Below are positions 13,911 to 27,600 of a stretch of DNA of 64,000 nucleotides, piece after piece. The notes under the pieces were generated by a model that was not told the DNA's origin, did no database searches, and was given only the letters and a program-made list of their open reading frames with translations. Source of the stretch: the human T2T-CHM13v2.0 reference genome, Homo sapiens. The number at the start of each line of letters is the position of its first letter. Position 1 is the stretch's first letter. A program made the position numbers and the translations under genes. The stretch lies in NCBI RefSeq assembly GCF_009914755.1, contig NC_060940.1. The stretch is one strand, 5' to 3'.

Positions 13911-14250
13911 TTCCATTCAATGATGATTCCATTGTATTCCATTCAATGATTGCATTCAATTCCATTCAATGATTATCCCATTAGGGTAAACTCAACGATT
14001 CCATTCAATACCATTCGATGATGATTCCTTTTGAGTCCATTCAATGATTTCATTCAAGTCCATTTGATGATTCCTTTCAATTCCATTCAATGATGATTCC
14101 ATTCTATTCCATTCAATGATTGCATTCAATTCCATTCAATGATTATCCCATTAGAGTAAACTCAACGATTCCATTCAATACCATTCGATGATGATTCCTT
14201 TTGAGTCCATTCAATGATTTCATTCAAGTCCATTTGATGATTCCTTTCAA
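13911..14250 (+). repeat. 170-bp tandem duplication inside unit 3
   Basis: TTAG(G/A)GTAAACTCAACG at 13981 and 14151, offset 170. It is single-copy in all other units. Confidence 0.92.
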
Positions 14251-17200
14251 TTCCATTCTATGATGATTCCATTCGAGTCCATTCGATGATTCCATTCGAT
14301 TGCATTCGATGATTCCATTATATTCCATTCAACGGTGATTCCATTCGAGTCCATTCCATGATTCCATTAGAGTACATTTAATGATTGCTTTGTTTTCAAT
14401 TCGAAGATGATTACATTGGATTCCATTCTATGATACCATTCGATTCCATTCAATGATGATTCCACTCAAATCCATTGGATGATTCCATTCGTGTCCATTC
14501 GGTGATTTCATTAGATTCCATTCGAGGATGATTCCATTCGATTCCATTCGATGATTCCATTCAATTCCATTCGTTGATGATTCCATTCCAGTCCATATGA
14601 TCATTCCATTTGATTTCATTCGATGATGATTCCATTCGATTCCATTCGATGATTCCATTCTATTCCATTCGATGATGATTCCATTCGAGTCCATTCGATG
14701 ATTCCATTCGAGTCCATTTAATGATTCCATTGGGTTCAATTCAATGATGATTACATTGGATTCCGTTCTATGATTCCATTCAATTCCGTTCATTGACAAT
14801 TTGATTCCATTCGATGATGATTCCATTTGAGTTCATTCGATGATTCTATTCGATTCTCTTCGATGGTGATTCAATTCTATTATATTGGATGATTCCATTC
14901 GATTCCATTTGATGTTGATTCAATTCGATTCTATTCGATGATGATTCCATTGGATTTCACTTGATGATTCTATTCGATTCCATTCAATGATGATTCACTT
15001 CTCGTCCATTGGATGATTCCATTTCATTCCATTCGATGATGATTCCATTCGATTCCATTCGATGATTCCATTTGATTCCATGCGACGGTGAGCAATTCGA
15101 TTCAATTCCATGATGATTCTATTTGATTCAATTAGATGATGTTTCCATTCGAATCCATTCCATGATTATTCCATTGGAATCCATTCGGCGATGATTCCAT
15201 ATGAGTCAATTCAATGATGATTCCATATGGGTCCGTTCGATGATAATTCCATTTGATTTCATTCGATGCTTCTATTCTATTCCAGTCGATGATGATTCCG
15301 TTGGAGTCCATACGATGATTCCATTTGATTTCATTTGATGATGATTCCATTCGATGACGATTACATTGGATTCCATTCTATGATTCCATTCAATTCCATT
15401 CGTTGATGATTCGATTCCATTCAATGATGATTCCATTTGAGTTCATTCGATGATTCTATTCGATTCCGTTCGATGGTGATTCAATTCTATTATATTGGAT
15501 GATTCCACTCGATTCCATTTGATGATTATTCCATTGGAGTCCACTTAGTGAATCCTTTAGATTCTACTCGACGATGATTCCATTCGAGTCCATTCGATGA
15601 TACCATTCAATTCCATTCGTTGATGCTTCCATTCAAGTGCATTCGATGATATCATTCGATTCCATTTGATGATAATTCCATTTGATTCCATGCGATGATT
15701 CTATTCGATTCCATTCAATGATAATTCCATTCAATTCAGTGATTCCTCTGGACTCCATTTGATGATGATTCCATTCAATGATTCCATTCGATTCTATTCG
15801 AAAATGATTCCATTTGAATCCATTTGATGATGATTCCATTAGATTCCATTTGATGATTCCATTCGATTCCATTCGACGATGATTCCATTCGATTCCGTTT
15901 GATGATTCCATTCTATTCTATTCGATGATGATTCCATTCGATTCCATTCGATGATGATTGGATTCGATTCCATTGGATGATTTCATTTGATTCCATTCGT
16001 TAATGATTTCGATCAATTCCATTCGATGATTCCATTCGATTCCATTCGATAATGATTACATCCGAGTCCATTCGATGATTCCCTTTGAGCCTGTTCGATA
16101 ATTCCATTTGAGTCCAACCAATGATTCCATTCATTTCCATTCAATGATTCCATTCGAGTCCATTTGATCATTCCGGTAGGGTCCATTCGATGTTGATTCC
16201 ATTGGAGTGCATTCGATGATTCCATTCGAGTCCATTTTAGGATTTGATTCGAGTCCTTTCGATGATTCCATTCGATTCCACTCGATGATGATTTCATTCG
16301 AGTCCATTCGACACTTCCAATCGATTCCATTTGATGATTCCATTCGAGTCCAATTGATGATTCCATTCAATTCCATTCGATGATGATTCCGTACGATTCC
16401 ATTCTGTGATGATTCCATGTGATTGCATTCAATGATGATTCCTTTCGATTGCATTCGATTATGATTCATTTCGTGTTCATTCTATGGTTCCACAGGTTTC
16501 CATTCGTGTCCATTCCATTATTCCATTCTATTCCATTTGATGATGATTCCATTCGATTCCATTCATTGGTGATTCCACTCAATTCCATTCAATGATTCCA
16601 TTCCATTTCTTTCAACAATGATTCCATTAGTTTCTAATCGATGATCCACTTGATTCCATTTGACGACGATTCCATTCTTGTCCATTCGATGATTCCATTT
16701 GATTCCATATGATGATGATTCCATTCGATTCCATACCATGATGATTCCATTCGAGTCCATTCAATGGTGATTCCATTCAATTCCATTCGATGATTCCTTT
16801 CGATTCCATTCGATGATGATGGCATTCGATTCCTTTCAATCATTCCCTTTGATTCCATTCAAAGGTGATTTCATTCAAGTCCATTCGATAATTGCATTCG
16901 ATTCCATTCTATGATGATTCCATTCGAGTCCATTTGATGATTCCATTCAATTCAAGTCAATGATGATTCCATTCGATTCCATTCGATGATTCCATTGGAT
17001 TCCATTCGATGATGATTCCATTCAAATCCTTTCGATAATTCAATTCAAGTCCATTCGATGATGATTCCAATCGAATCCATTCAAAGATTCCATTCAGTTC
17101 CATTCGATGATTCCCTTAGATTCCATTCGATGATTCCACTTGATTGCATTTACGATGATTCCATTCGATTCCATGTGATGATTCCATTCAATTCTATTCA

Positions 17201-18482
17201 ATGATGTCTCCATTTGATTCCATTCGACCATGATTGCCTTTGATTCCATTCAATGATTCCATTCGGTTCCGTTTGATGATGATTCCGTTCGATTCCATTT
17301 GATGATTCCATTTGATTCCATTGGATGGGTCCATTCGATTACATTCGATGATTATTCCATTCGAGTGCATTAGATGATTCCATTCGAGTCCATTCGATGA
17401 TTCCATTCGATTCCATTCGATGTTGATTCTGTTCAAATCCATTCGATGATTCCACTCGATTCCATTCGTTGACTCCATTTGATCCCATTCGATGATTTCC
17501 TTTGATTCCCTTTGATGATCATTCCATTTGATTCAATTCGGTGATTTCATTTGATTCCATTCAGTGATGTTTCCATTCGACTCCATTCGATGATGATTCC
17601 ATTCGACTCCATTCGATTATGATTTCATTCAATTCCATTCGATAATGATTCCCTTCGAGTCCATTCGATGATTCCATTCGATTCCATTCAACGATGTTTT
17701 GATTCGTGTCCATTCGATGATTCCATTTGATTCCACTTGATGATGATTCCATTCGAGTCCATTTGATGATTCCATTCAATTCCATACTCCGATGATTTCT
17801 TTTGAGCCCACTCAATGCTTCCACTCGATTCCATATGATGATGACTCCATTCGATGAAATTCGATGATGATTCCATTCGCTTGCTTTCGATGATGATTCC
17901 ACTTGAGTCCGTTAGAAGATTCTATTCAATTACATTCCATGACGATTCCGTTCGAGTCCATTTGATGATTCCATTAGACTCCATTCGACGATGATTCCAT
18001 TCGATGTTATTCCATGATTCCATTCGATATCAATCGATGATGATTCCATTCAACTCCATTCGATGTTTCCATTCGAGTTCATTCTATTATTGCATTAGAT
18101 TCCATTCGATGATGATTCCATTCGATTCCATTTGATGATTGCATTCTATTTCATTTGATGATGATTCCATTCGAGTCCACTCGATGATTCCATTCGAGTC
18201 CATTTAATGAATCCATTGGTTTCAATTCTATGATGATTACATTGGATTCCATTCGTTGATGATTTCATTCGGTTCCATTCAATGATGATTCCATTCAATT
18301 CCTTTCAATGTTTCCATTCAATTCCATACGATGATGATTCCATTTGATTTGATTCGACAGTGAGCCATTCGATTCAATTCCATGATGATTCTATTTGATT
18401 CAATTGGTTGACATTTCCATTCGATTCCATTCGATGATGATTCCCTTTGATTCCGTTCAAAGATGATTCCATTCTAGCCCAT

Positions 18483-21400
18483 TCAATCATTCCATTCGAT
18501 TCTATTCAATGATGATTCCATTCATGTCGATTTGGTGATTCCATTTGACTTCATTTGATGATGATTCCTTTCAAGTTCATTAGATGATTCCATTCGATTC
18601 CATTTGATGATGATCCCATTCGAGTCCATTCAGTGATTCCATTCGTTTCCATTCCATGATGATTCCATTCCTTTCCATTCAATGATTCCATTCGATTCCG
18701 TTTGATGATGATTTCATTCGAGTCCATTTGATGATTCCATTTGATTCCATTCGATGATGATTCCATTCGAGTCCATTCGATGATTCTATTCGAATCCATT
18801 TGATGATTTCTTTTGATTATATTTGGTGATGATTCCATTGGAGTCCATTCAATGATTCCATTCTATTCCAATCGATGATGATTCCATTAGAGTCCATTTA
18901 ATGATTCCATTTGATTCCAGTCTCTGATGATTACATTCGAGTCCATACGATGATTCCACTCAATTCCATATGATGATGATTCCATTTGATTCCATTCGGT
19001 GATTCCATTCTATTCTAATCAATGGTGATTCCATTCTATTCTATTCAATGGTGATTCCATTGGAGTACATTAGATGATTCCATTCGATTCCATTCAATGA
19101 TGATTCTATTTGTGTCCCTTAGATGATTCCACATGATTCCATTAGATGATGATACTATTTGAGCCCATCCAATGATTCCCTTCGATTCCATTCGATGAGG
19201 ATTCCATTCGATTCAATTCATTGGTGATTCTATTCAATTCAATTCTTTGATTCCATTCCATTCCATTCGACAATGATTCCATTCGATTTCTTTCGATGAT
19301 TCCACTCGATTCCACTTGACATTGATTCCATTCGATTCCATTCAATGATTCCATTTGATTCCAGTGGATGATGATTGCCATCGATTCCATTCGATCACTC
19401 CATTCTATTCCATTTGATGATGATTACATTCGATTCCATTTGATGATTCCATCTGATTCTATTCGAGGATTCCATTTGATTCCATTCGATGATGATTCCA
19501 TTCGAGTCCATTCGATGATTTCATTCGAGTACATCCAATGATTCCATTCGAGTCCATTAGATGATTCCATTTGATTCCATTTGAAAATGATTCTACTAGA
19601 GTCCATTCAATGACTCCATTCGAGTCCATTCAACAATTCCATTCGACTCCATTCGATGATTCCATTCGATTCCATTTGATGGTTCCATTCGCGTCCATTT
19701 AATCATTACAGTCGAGTCCGTTTGGTGATTCCACTGGATTTCTTTTGATAATGATACCATTCAATTACATTTGATGATGATCCCATTCAATTTCATTTGA
19801 TGATGATTCCATTAGAGTCCATTCGATGATTTCATTCGAGTCCCTTCATTGATTCCATCCGATTTCATTGGATGATGACTCCATTCGAGTCCATTCGATG
19901 ATTCCACTCGATTCCATTAGATGACTCCATTGGAGTCCATTTGATTGTTCCATTCGATTCCATTCGATTCCTTTCGAAGATTATTCCATTTGAGTCCATT
20001 CGATGATGATTCCATTCTATTCCATTCGATGATTCCGTTTGATTCCATTCGATGATTCCCTTCGATTCCTTTCTTTGATGATTCCATTCCATTCCATTCA
20101 ATGATTCCATTCGAATCTATTCCATGATGATTCCTTTCGATTCCATTCGCTGATGTTTCCGTTCAATTCCATTCGATGATGATTCCATTCGATTCCATTC
20201 ATTGAGGATTCCATTTGATTCCATTCAATGATGATTCCATTGTATTCCATTCAATGATTGCATTCAATTCCATTCAATGATTATCCCATTAGGGTAAACT
20301 CAACGATTCCATTCAATACCATTCGATGATGATTCCTTTTGAGTCCATTCAATGATTTCATTCAAGTCCATTTGATGATTCCTTTCAATTCCATTCTATG
20401 ATGATTCCATTCGAGTCCATTCGATGATTCCATTCGATTGCATTCGATGATTCCATTATATTCCATTCAACGGTGATTCCATTCGAGTCCATTCCATGAT
20501 TCCATTAGAGTACATTTAATGATTGCTTTGTTTTCAATTCGAAGATGATTACATTGGATTCCATTCTATGATACCATTCGATTCCATTCAATGATGATTC
20601 CACTCAAATCCATTGGATGATTCCATTCGTGTCCATTCGGTGATTTCATTAGATTCCATTCGAGGATGATTCCATTCGATTCCATTCGATGATTCCATTC
20701 AATTCCATTCGTTGATGATTCCATTGCAGTCCATATGATCATTCCATTTGATTTCATTCGATGATGATTCCATTCGATTCGATTCGACGATTCCATTATA
20801 TTCCATTCGATGATGATTCCATTCGAGTCCATTCGATGATTCCATTCGAGTCCATTTAATGATTCCATTGGGTTCAATTCAATGATGATTACATTGGATT
20901 CCGTTCTATGATTCCATTCAATTCCGTTCATTGACAATTTGATTCCATTCGATGATGATTCCATTTGAGTTCATTCGATGATTCTATTCGATTCTCTTCG
21001 ATGGTGATTCAATTCTATTATATTGGATGATTCCATTCGATTCCATTTGATGTTGATTCAATTCGATTCTATTCGATGATGATTCCATTGGATTTCACTT
21101 GATGATTCTATTCGATTCCATTCAATGATGATTCACTTCTCGTCCATTGGATGATTCCATTTCATTCCATTCGATGATGATTCCATTCGATTCCATTCGA
21201 TGATTCCATTTGATTCCATGCGACGGTGAGCAATTCGATTCAATTCCATGATGATTCTATTTGATTCAATTAGATGATGTTTCCATTCGAATCCATTCCA
21301 TGATTATTCCATTGGAATCCATTCGGCGATGATTCCATATGAGTCAATTCAATGATGATTCCATATGGGTCCGTTCGATGATAATTCCATTTGATTTCAT

Positions 21401-24400
21401 TCGATGCTTCTATTCTATTCCAGTCGATGATGATTCCGTTGGAGTCCATACGATGATTCCATTTGATTTCATTTGATGATGATTCCATTCGATGACGATT
21501 ACATTGGATTCCATTCTATGATTCCATTCAATTCCATTCGTTGATGATTCGATTCCATTCAATGATGATTCCATTTGAGTTCATTCGATGATTCTATTCG
21601 ATTCCGTTCGATGGTGATTCAATTCTATTATATTGGATGATTCCACTCGATTCCATTTGATGATTATTCCATTGGAGTCCACTTAGTGAATCCTTTAGAT
21701 TCTACTCGACGATGATTCCATTCGAGTCCATTCGATGATACCATTCAATTCCATTCGTTGATGCTTCCATTCAAGTGCATTCGATGATATCATTCGATTC
21801 CATTTGATGATAATTCCATTTGATTCCATGCGATGATTCTATTCGATTCCATTCAATGATAATTCCATTCAATTCAGTGATTCCTCTGGACTCCATTTGA
21901 TGATGATTCCATTCAATGATTCCATTCGATTCTATTCGAAAATGATTCCATTTGAATCCATTTGATGATGATTCCATTAGATTCCATTTGATGATTCCAT
22001 TCGATTCCATTCGACGATGATTCCATTCGATTCCGTTTGATGATTCCATTCTATTCTATTCGATGATGATTCCATTCGATTCCATTCGATGATGATTGGA
22101 TTCGATTCCATTTGATGATTTCATTTGATTCCATTCGTTAATGATTTCGATCAATTCCATTCGATGATTCCATTCGATTCCATTCGATAATGATTACATC
22201 CGAGTCCATTCGATGATTCCCTTTGAGCCTGTTCGATAATTCCATTTGAGTCCAACCAATGATTCCATTCATTTCCATTCAATGATTCCATTCGAGTCCA
22301 TTTGATCATTCCGGTAGGGTCCATTCGATGTTGATTCCATTGGAGTGCATTCGATGATTCCATTCGAGTCCATTTTAGGATTTGATTCGAGTCCTTTCGA
22401 TGATTCCATTCGATTCCACTCGATGATGATTTCATTCGAGTCCATTCGACACTTCCAATCGATTCCATTTGATGATTCCATTCGAGTCCAATTGATGATT
22501 CCATTCAATTCCATTCGATGATGATTCCGTACGATTCCATTCTGTGATGATTCCATGTGATTGCATTCAATGATGATTCCTTTCGATTGCATTCGATTAT
22601 GATTCATTTCGTGTTCATTCTATGGTTCCACAGGTTTCCATTCGTGTCCATTCCATTATTCCATTCTATTCCATTTGATGATGATTCCATTCGATTCCAT
22701 TCATTGGTGATTCCACTCAATTCCATTCAATGATTCCATTCCATTTCTTTCAACAATGATTCCATTAGTTTCTAATCGATGATCCACTTGATTCCATTTG
22801 ACGACGATTCCATTCTTGTCCATTCGATGATTCCATTTGATTCCATATGATGATGATTCCATTCGATTCCATACCATGATGATTCCATTCGAGTCCATTC
22901 AATGGTGATTCCATTCAATTCCATTCGATGATTCCTTTCGATTCCATTCGATGATGATGGCATTCGATTCCTTTCAATCATTCCCTTTGATTCCATTCAA
23001 AGGTGATTTCATTCAAGTCCATTCGATAATTGCATTCGATTCCATTCTATGATGATTCCATTCGAGTCCATTTGATGATTCCATTCAATTCAAGTCAATG
23101 ATGATTCCATTCGATTCCATTCGATGATTCCATTGGATTCCATTCGATGATGATTCCATTCAAATCCTTTCGATAATTCAATTCAAGTCCATTCGATGAT
23201 GATTCCAATCGAATCCATTCAAAGATTCCATTCAGTTCCATTCGATGATTCCCTTAGATTCCATTCGATGATTCCACTTGATTGCATTTACGATGATTCC
23301 ATTCGATTCCATGTGATGATTCCATTCAATTCTATTCAATGATGTCTCCATTTGATTCCATTCGACCATGATTGCCTTTGATTCCATTCAATGATTCCAT
23401 TCGGTTCCGTTTGATGATGATTCCGTTCGATTCCATTTGATGATTCCATTTGATTCCATTGGATGGGTCCATTCGATTACATTCGATGATTATTCCATTC
23501 GAGTGCATTAGATGATTCCATTCGAGTCCATTCGATGATTCCATTCGATTCCATTCGATGTTGATTCTGTTCAAATCCATTCGATGATTCCACTCGATTC
23601 CATTCGTTGACTCCATTTGATCCCATTCGATGATTTCCTTTGATTCCCTTTGATGATCATTCCATTTGATTCAATTCGGTGATTTCATTCGATTCCATTC
23701 AGTGATGTTTCCATTCGACTCCATTCGATGATGATTCCATTCGACTCCATTCGATTATGATTTCATTCAATTCCATTCGATAATGATTCCCTTCGAGTCC
23801 ATTCGATGATTCCATTCGATTCCATTCAACGATGTTTTGATTCGTGTCCATTCGATGATTCCATTTGATTCCACTTGATGATGATTCCATTCGAGTCCAT
23901 TTGATGATTCCATTCAATTCCATACTCCGATGATTTCTTTTGAGCCCACTCAATGCTTCCACTCGATTCCATATGATGATGACTCCATTCGATGAAATTC
24001 GATGATGATTCCATTCGCTTGCTTTCGATGATGATTCCACTTGAGTCCGTTAGAAGATTCTATTCAATTACATTCCATGACGATTCCGTTCGAGTCCATT
24101 TGATGATTCCATTAGACTCCATTCGACGATGATTCCTTTCGATGTTATTCCATGATTCCATTCGATATCAATCGATGATGATTCCATTCAACTCCATTCG
24201 ATGTTTCCATTCGAGTTCATTCTATTATTGCATTAGATTCCATTCGATGATGATTCCATTCGATTCCATTTGATGATTGCATTCTGTTTCATTTGATGAT
24301 GATTCCATTCGAGTCCACTCGATGATTCCATTCGAGTCCATTTAATGAATCCATTGGTTTCAATTCTATGATGATTACATTGGATTCCATTCGTTGATGA

Positions 24401-24620
24401 TTTCATTCGGTTCCATTCAATGATGATTCCATTCAATTCCTTTCAATGTTTCCATTCAATTCCATACGATGATGATTCCATTTGATTTGATTCGACAGTG
24501 AGCCATTCGATTCAATTCCATGATGATTCTATTTGATTCAATTGGTTGACATTTCCATTCGATTCCATTCGATGATGATTCCCTTTGATTCCGTTCAAAG
24601 ATGATTCCATTCTAGCCCAT
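18483..24620 (+). repeat. Higher-order unit 4 (6138 bp = 6112 + 26-bp duplication)
   Basis: Landmark offset 18551 -> 24689. Duplication at 18999-19050. Confidence 0.9.
18999..19050 (+). repeat. 26-bp monomer tandem duplication (unit 4), identical to that in unit 3
   Basis: Same duplicated 26-mer, including the A variant in the first copy. Confidence 0.9.
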
Positions 24621-27600
24621 TCAATCATTCCATTCGATTCTATTCAATGATGATTCCATTCATGTCGATTTGGTGATTCCATTTGACTTCATTTGATGAT
24701 GATTCCTTTCAAGTTCATTAGATGATTCCATTCGATTCCATTTGATGATGATCCCATTCGAGTCCATTCAGTGATTCCATTCGTTTCCATTCCATGATGA
24801 TTCCATTCCTTTCCATTCAATGATTCCATTCGATTCCGTTTGATGATGATTTCATTCGAGTCCATTTGATGATTCCATTTGATTCCATTCGATGATGATT
24901 CCATTCGAGTCCATTCGATGATTCTATTCGAATCCATTTGATGATTTCTTTTGATTATATTTGGTGATGATTCCATTGGAGTCCATTCAATGATTCCATT
25001 CGATTCCAATCGATGATGATTCCATTAGAGTCCATTTAATGATTCCATTTGATTCCAGTCTCTGATGATTACATTCGAGTCCATACGATGATTCCACTCA
25101 ATTCCATATGATGATGATTCCATTTGATTCCATTCGGTGATTCCATTCTATTCTATTCAATGGTGATTCCATTCGAGTACATTAGATGATTCCATTCGAT
25201 TCCATTCAATGATGATTCTATTTGTGTCCCTTAGATGATTCCACATGATTCCATTACATGATGATACTATTTGAGCCCATCCAATGATTCCCTTCGATTC
25301 CATTCGATGAGGATTCCATTCGATTCAATTCATTGGTGATTCTATTCAATTCAATTCTTTGATTCCATTCCATTCCATTCGACAATGATTCCATTCGATT
25401 TCTTTCGATGATTCCACTCGATTCCACTTGACATTGATTCCATTCGATTCCATTCAATGATTCCATTTGATTCCAGTGGATGATGATTGCCATCGATTCC
25501 ATTCGATCACTCCATTCTATTCCATTTGATGATGATTACATTCGATTCCATTTGATGATTCCATCTGATTCTATTCGAGGATTCCATTTGATTCCATTCG
25601 ATGATGATTCCATTCGAGTCCATTCGATGATTTCATTCGAGTACATCCAATGATTCCATTCGAGTCCATTAGATGATTCCATTTGATTCCATTTGAAAAT
25701 GATTCTACTAGAGTCCATTCAATGACTCCATTCGAGTCCATTCAACAATTCCATTCGACTCCATTCGATGATTCCATTCGATTCCATTTGATGGTTCCAT
25801 TCGAGTCCATTTAATCATTACAGTCGAGTCCATTTGGTGATTCCACTGGATTTCTTTTGATAATGATACCATTCAATTACATTTGATGATGATCCCATTC
25901 AATTTCATTTGATGATGATTCCATTAGAGTCCATTCGATGATTTCATTCGAGTCCCTTCATTGATTCCATCCGATTTCATTGGATGATGACTCCATTCGA
26001 GTCCATTCGATGATTCCACTCGATTCCATTAGATGACTCCATTGGAGTCCATTTGATTGTTCCATTCGATTCCATTCGATTCCTTTCGAAGATTATTCCA
26101 TTTGAGTCCATTCGATGATGATTCCATTCCATTCCATTCGATGATTCCGTTTGATTCCATTCGATGATTCCCTTCGATTCCTTTCTTTGATGATTTCATT
26201 CCATTCCATTCAATGATTCCATTCGAATCTATTCCATGATGATTCCTTTCGATTCCATTCGCTGATGTTTCCGTTCAATTCCATTCGATGATGATTCCAT
26301 TCGATTCCATTCATTGAGGATTCCATTTGATTCCATTCAATGATGATTCCATTCTATTCCACTCAATGATTGCATTCAATTCCATACAATGATTATCCCA
26401 TTAGAGTAAACTCAACGATTCCATTCAATACCATTCGATGATGATTCCTTTTGAGTCCATTCAATGATTTCATTCAAGTCCATTTGATGATTCCTTTCAA
26501 TTCCATTCTATGATGATTCCATTCGAGTCCATTCGATGATTCCATTCAATTGCATTTGATGATTCCATTATATTCCATTCAACGGTGATTCCATTCGAGT
26601 CCATTCCATGATTCCATTAGAGTACATTTAATGATTGCTTTGTTTTCAATTCGAAGATGATTACATTGGATTCCATTCTATGATACCATTCGATTCCATT
26701 CAATGATGATTCCACTCAAATCCATTGGATGATTCCATTCGTGTCCATTCGGTGATTTCATTAGATTCCATTCGAGGATGATTCCATTCGATTCCATTCG
26801 ATGATTCCATTCAATTCCATTCGATGATGATTCCATTCCAGTCCATATGATCATTCCATTTGATTTCATTCGATGATGATTCCATTCGATTCCATTCGAC
26901 GATTCCATTCTATTCCATTCGATGATGATTCCATTCGAGTCCATTCGATCAATCCATTCGAGTCCATTTAATGATTCCATTGGGTTCAATTCAATGATGA
27001 TTACATTGGATTCCGTTCTATGATTCCATTCAATTCCGTTCATTGACAATTTGATTCCATTCGATGATGATTCCATTTGAGTTCATTCGATGATTCTATT
27101 CGATTCTCTTCGATGGTGATTCAATTCTATTATATTGGATGATTCCATTCGATTCCATTTGATGTTGATTCAATTCGATTCTATTCGATGATGATTCCAT
27201 TGGATTTCACTTGATGATTCTATTCGATTCCATTCAATGATGATTCACTTCTCGTCCATTGGATGATTCCATTTCATTCCATTCGATGATGATTCCATTC
27301 GATTCCATTCGATGATTCCATTTGATTCCATGCGACGGTGAGCAATTCGATTCAATTCCATGATGATTCTATTTGATTCAATTAGATGATGTTTCCATTC
27401 GAATCCATTCCATGATTATTCCATTGGAATCCATTCGGCGATGATTCCATATGAGTCAATTCAATGATGATTCCATATGGGTCCGTTCGATGATAATTCC
27501 ATTTGATTTCATTCGATGCTTCTATTCTATTCCAGTCGATGATGATTCCATTGGAGTCCATACGATGATTCCATTTGATTTCATTTGATGATGATTCCAT

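Larger units (their letters stand above)
12175..18482 (+). repeat. Higher-order unit 3 (6308 bp = 6112 + 26-bp duplication + 170-bp duplication)
   Basis: Landmark offset 12243 -> 18551. The duplications are visible at 12691-12742 and 13911-14250. Confidence 0.9.
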
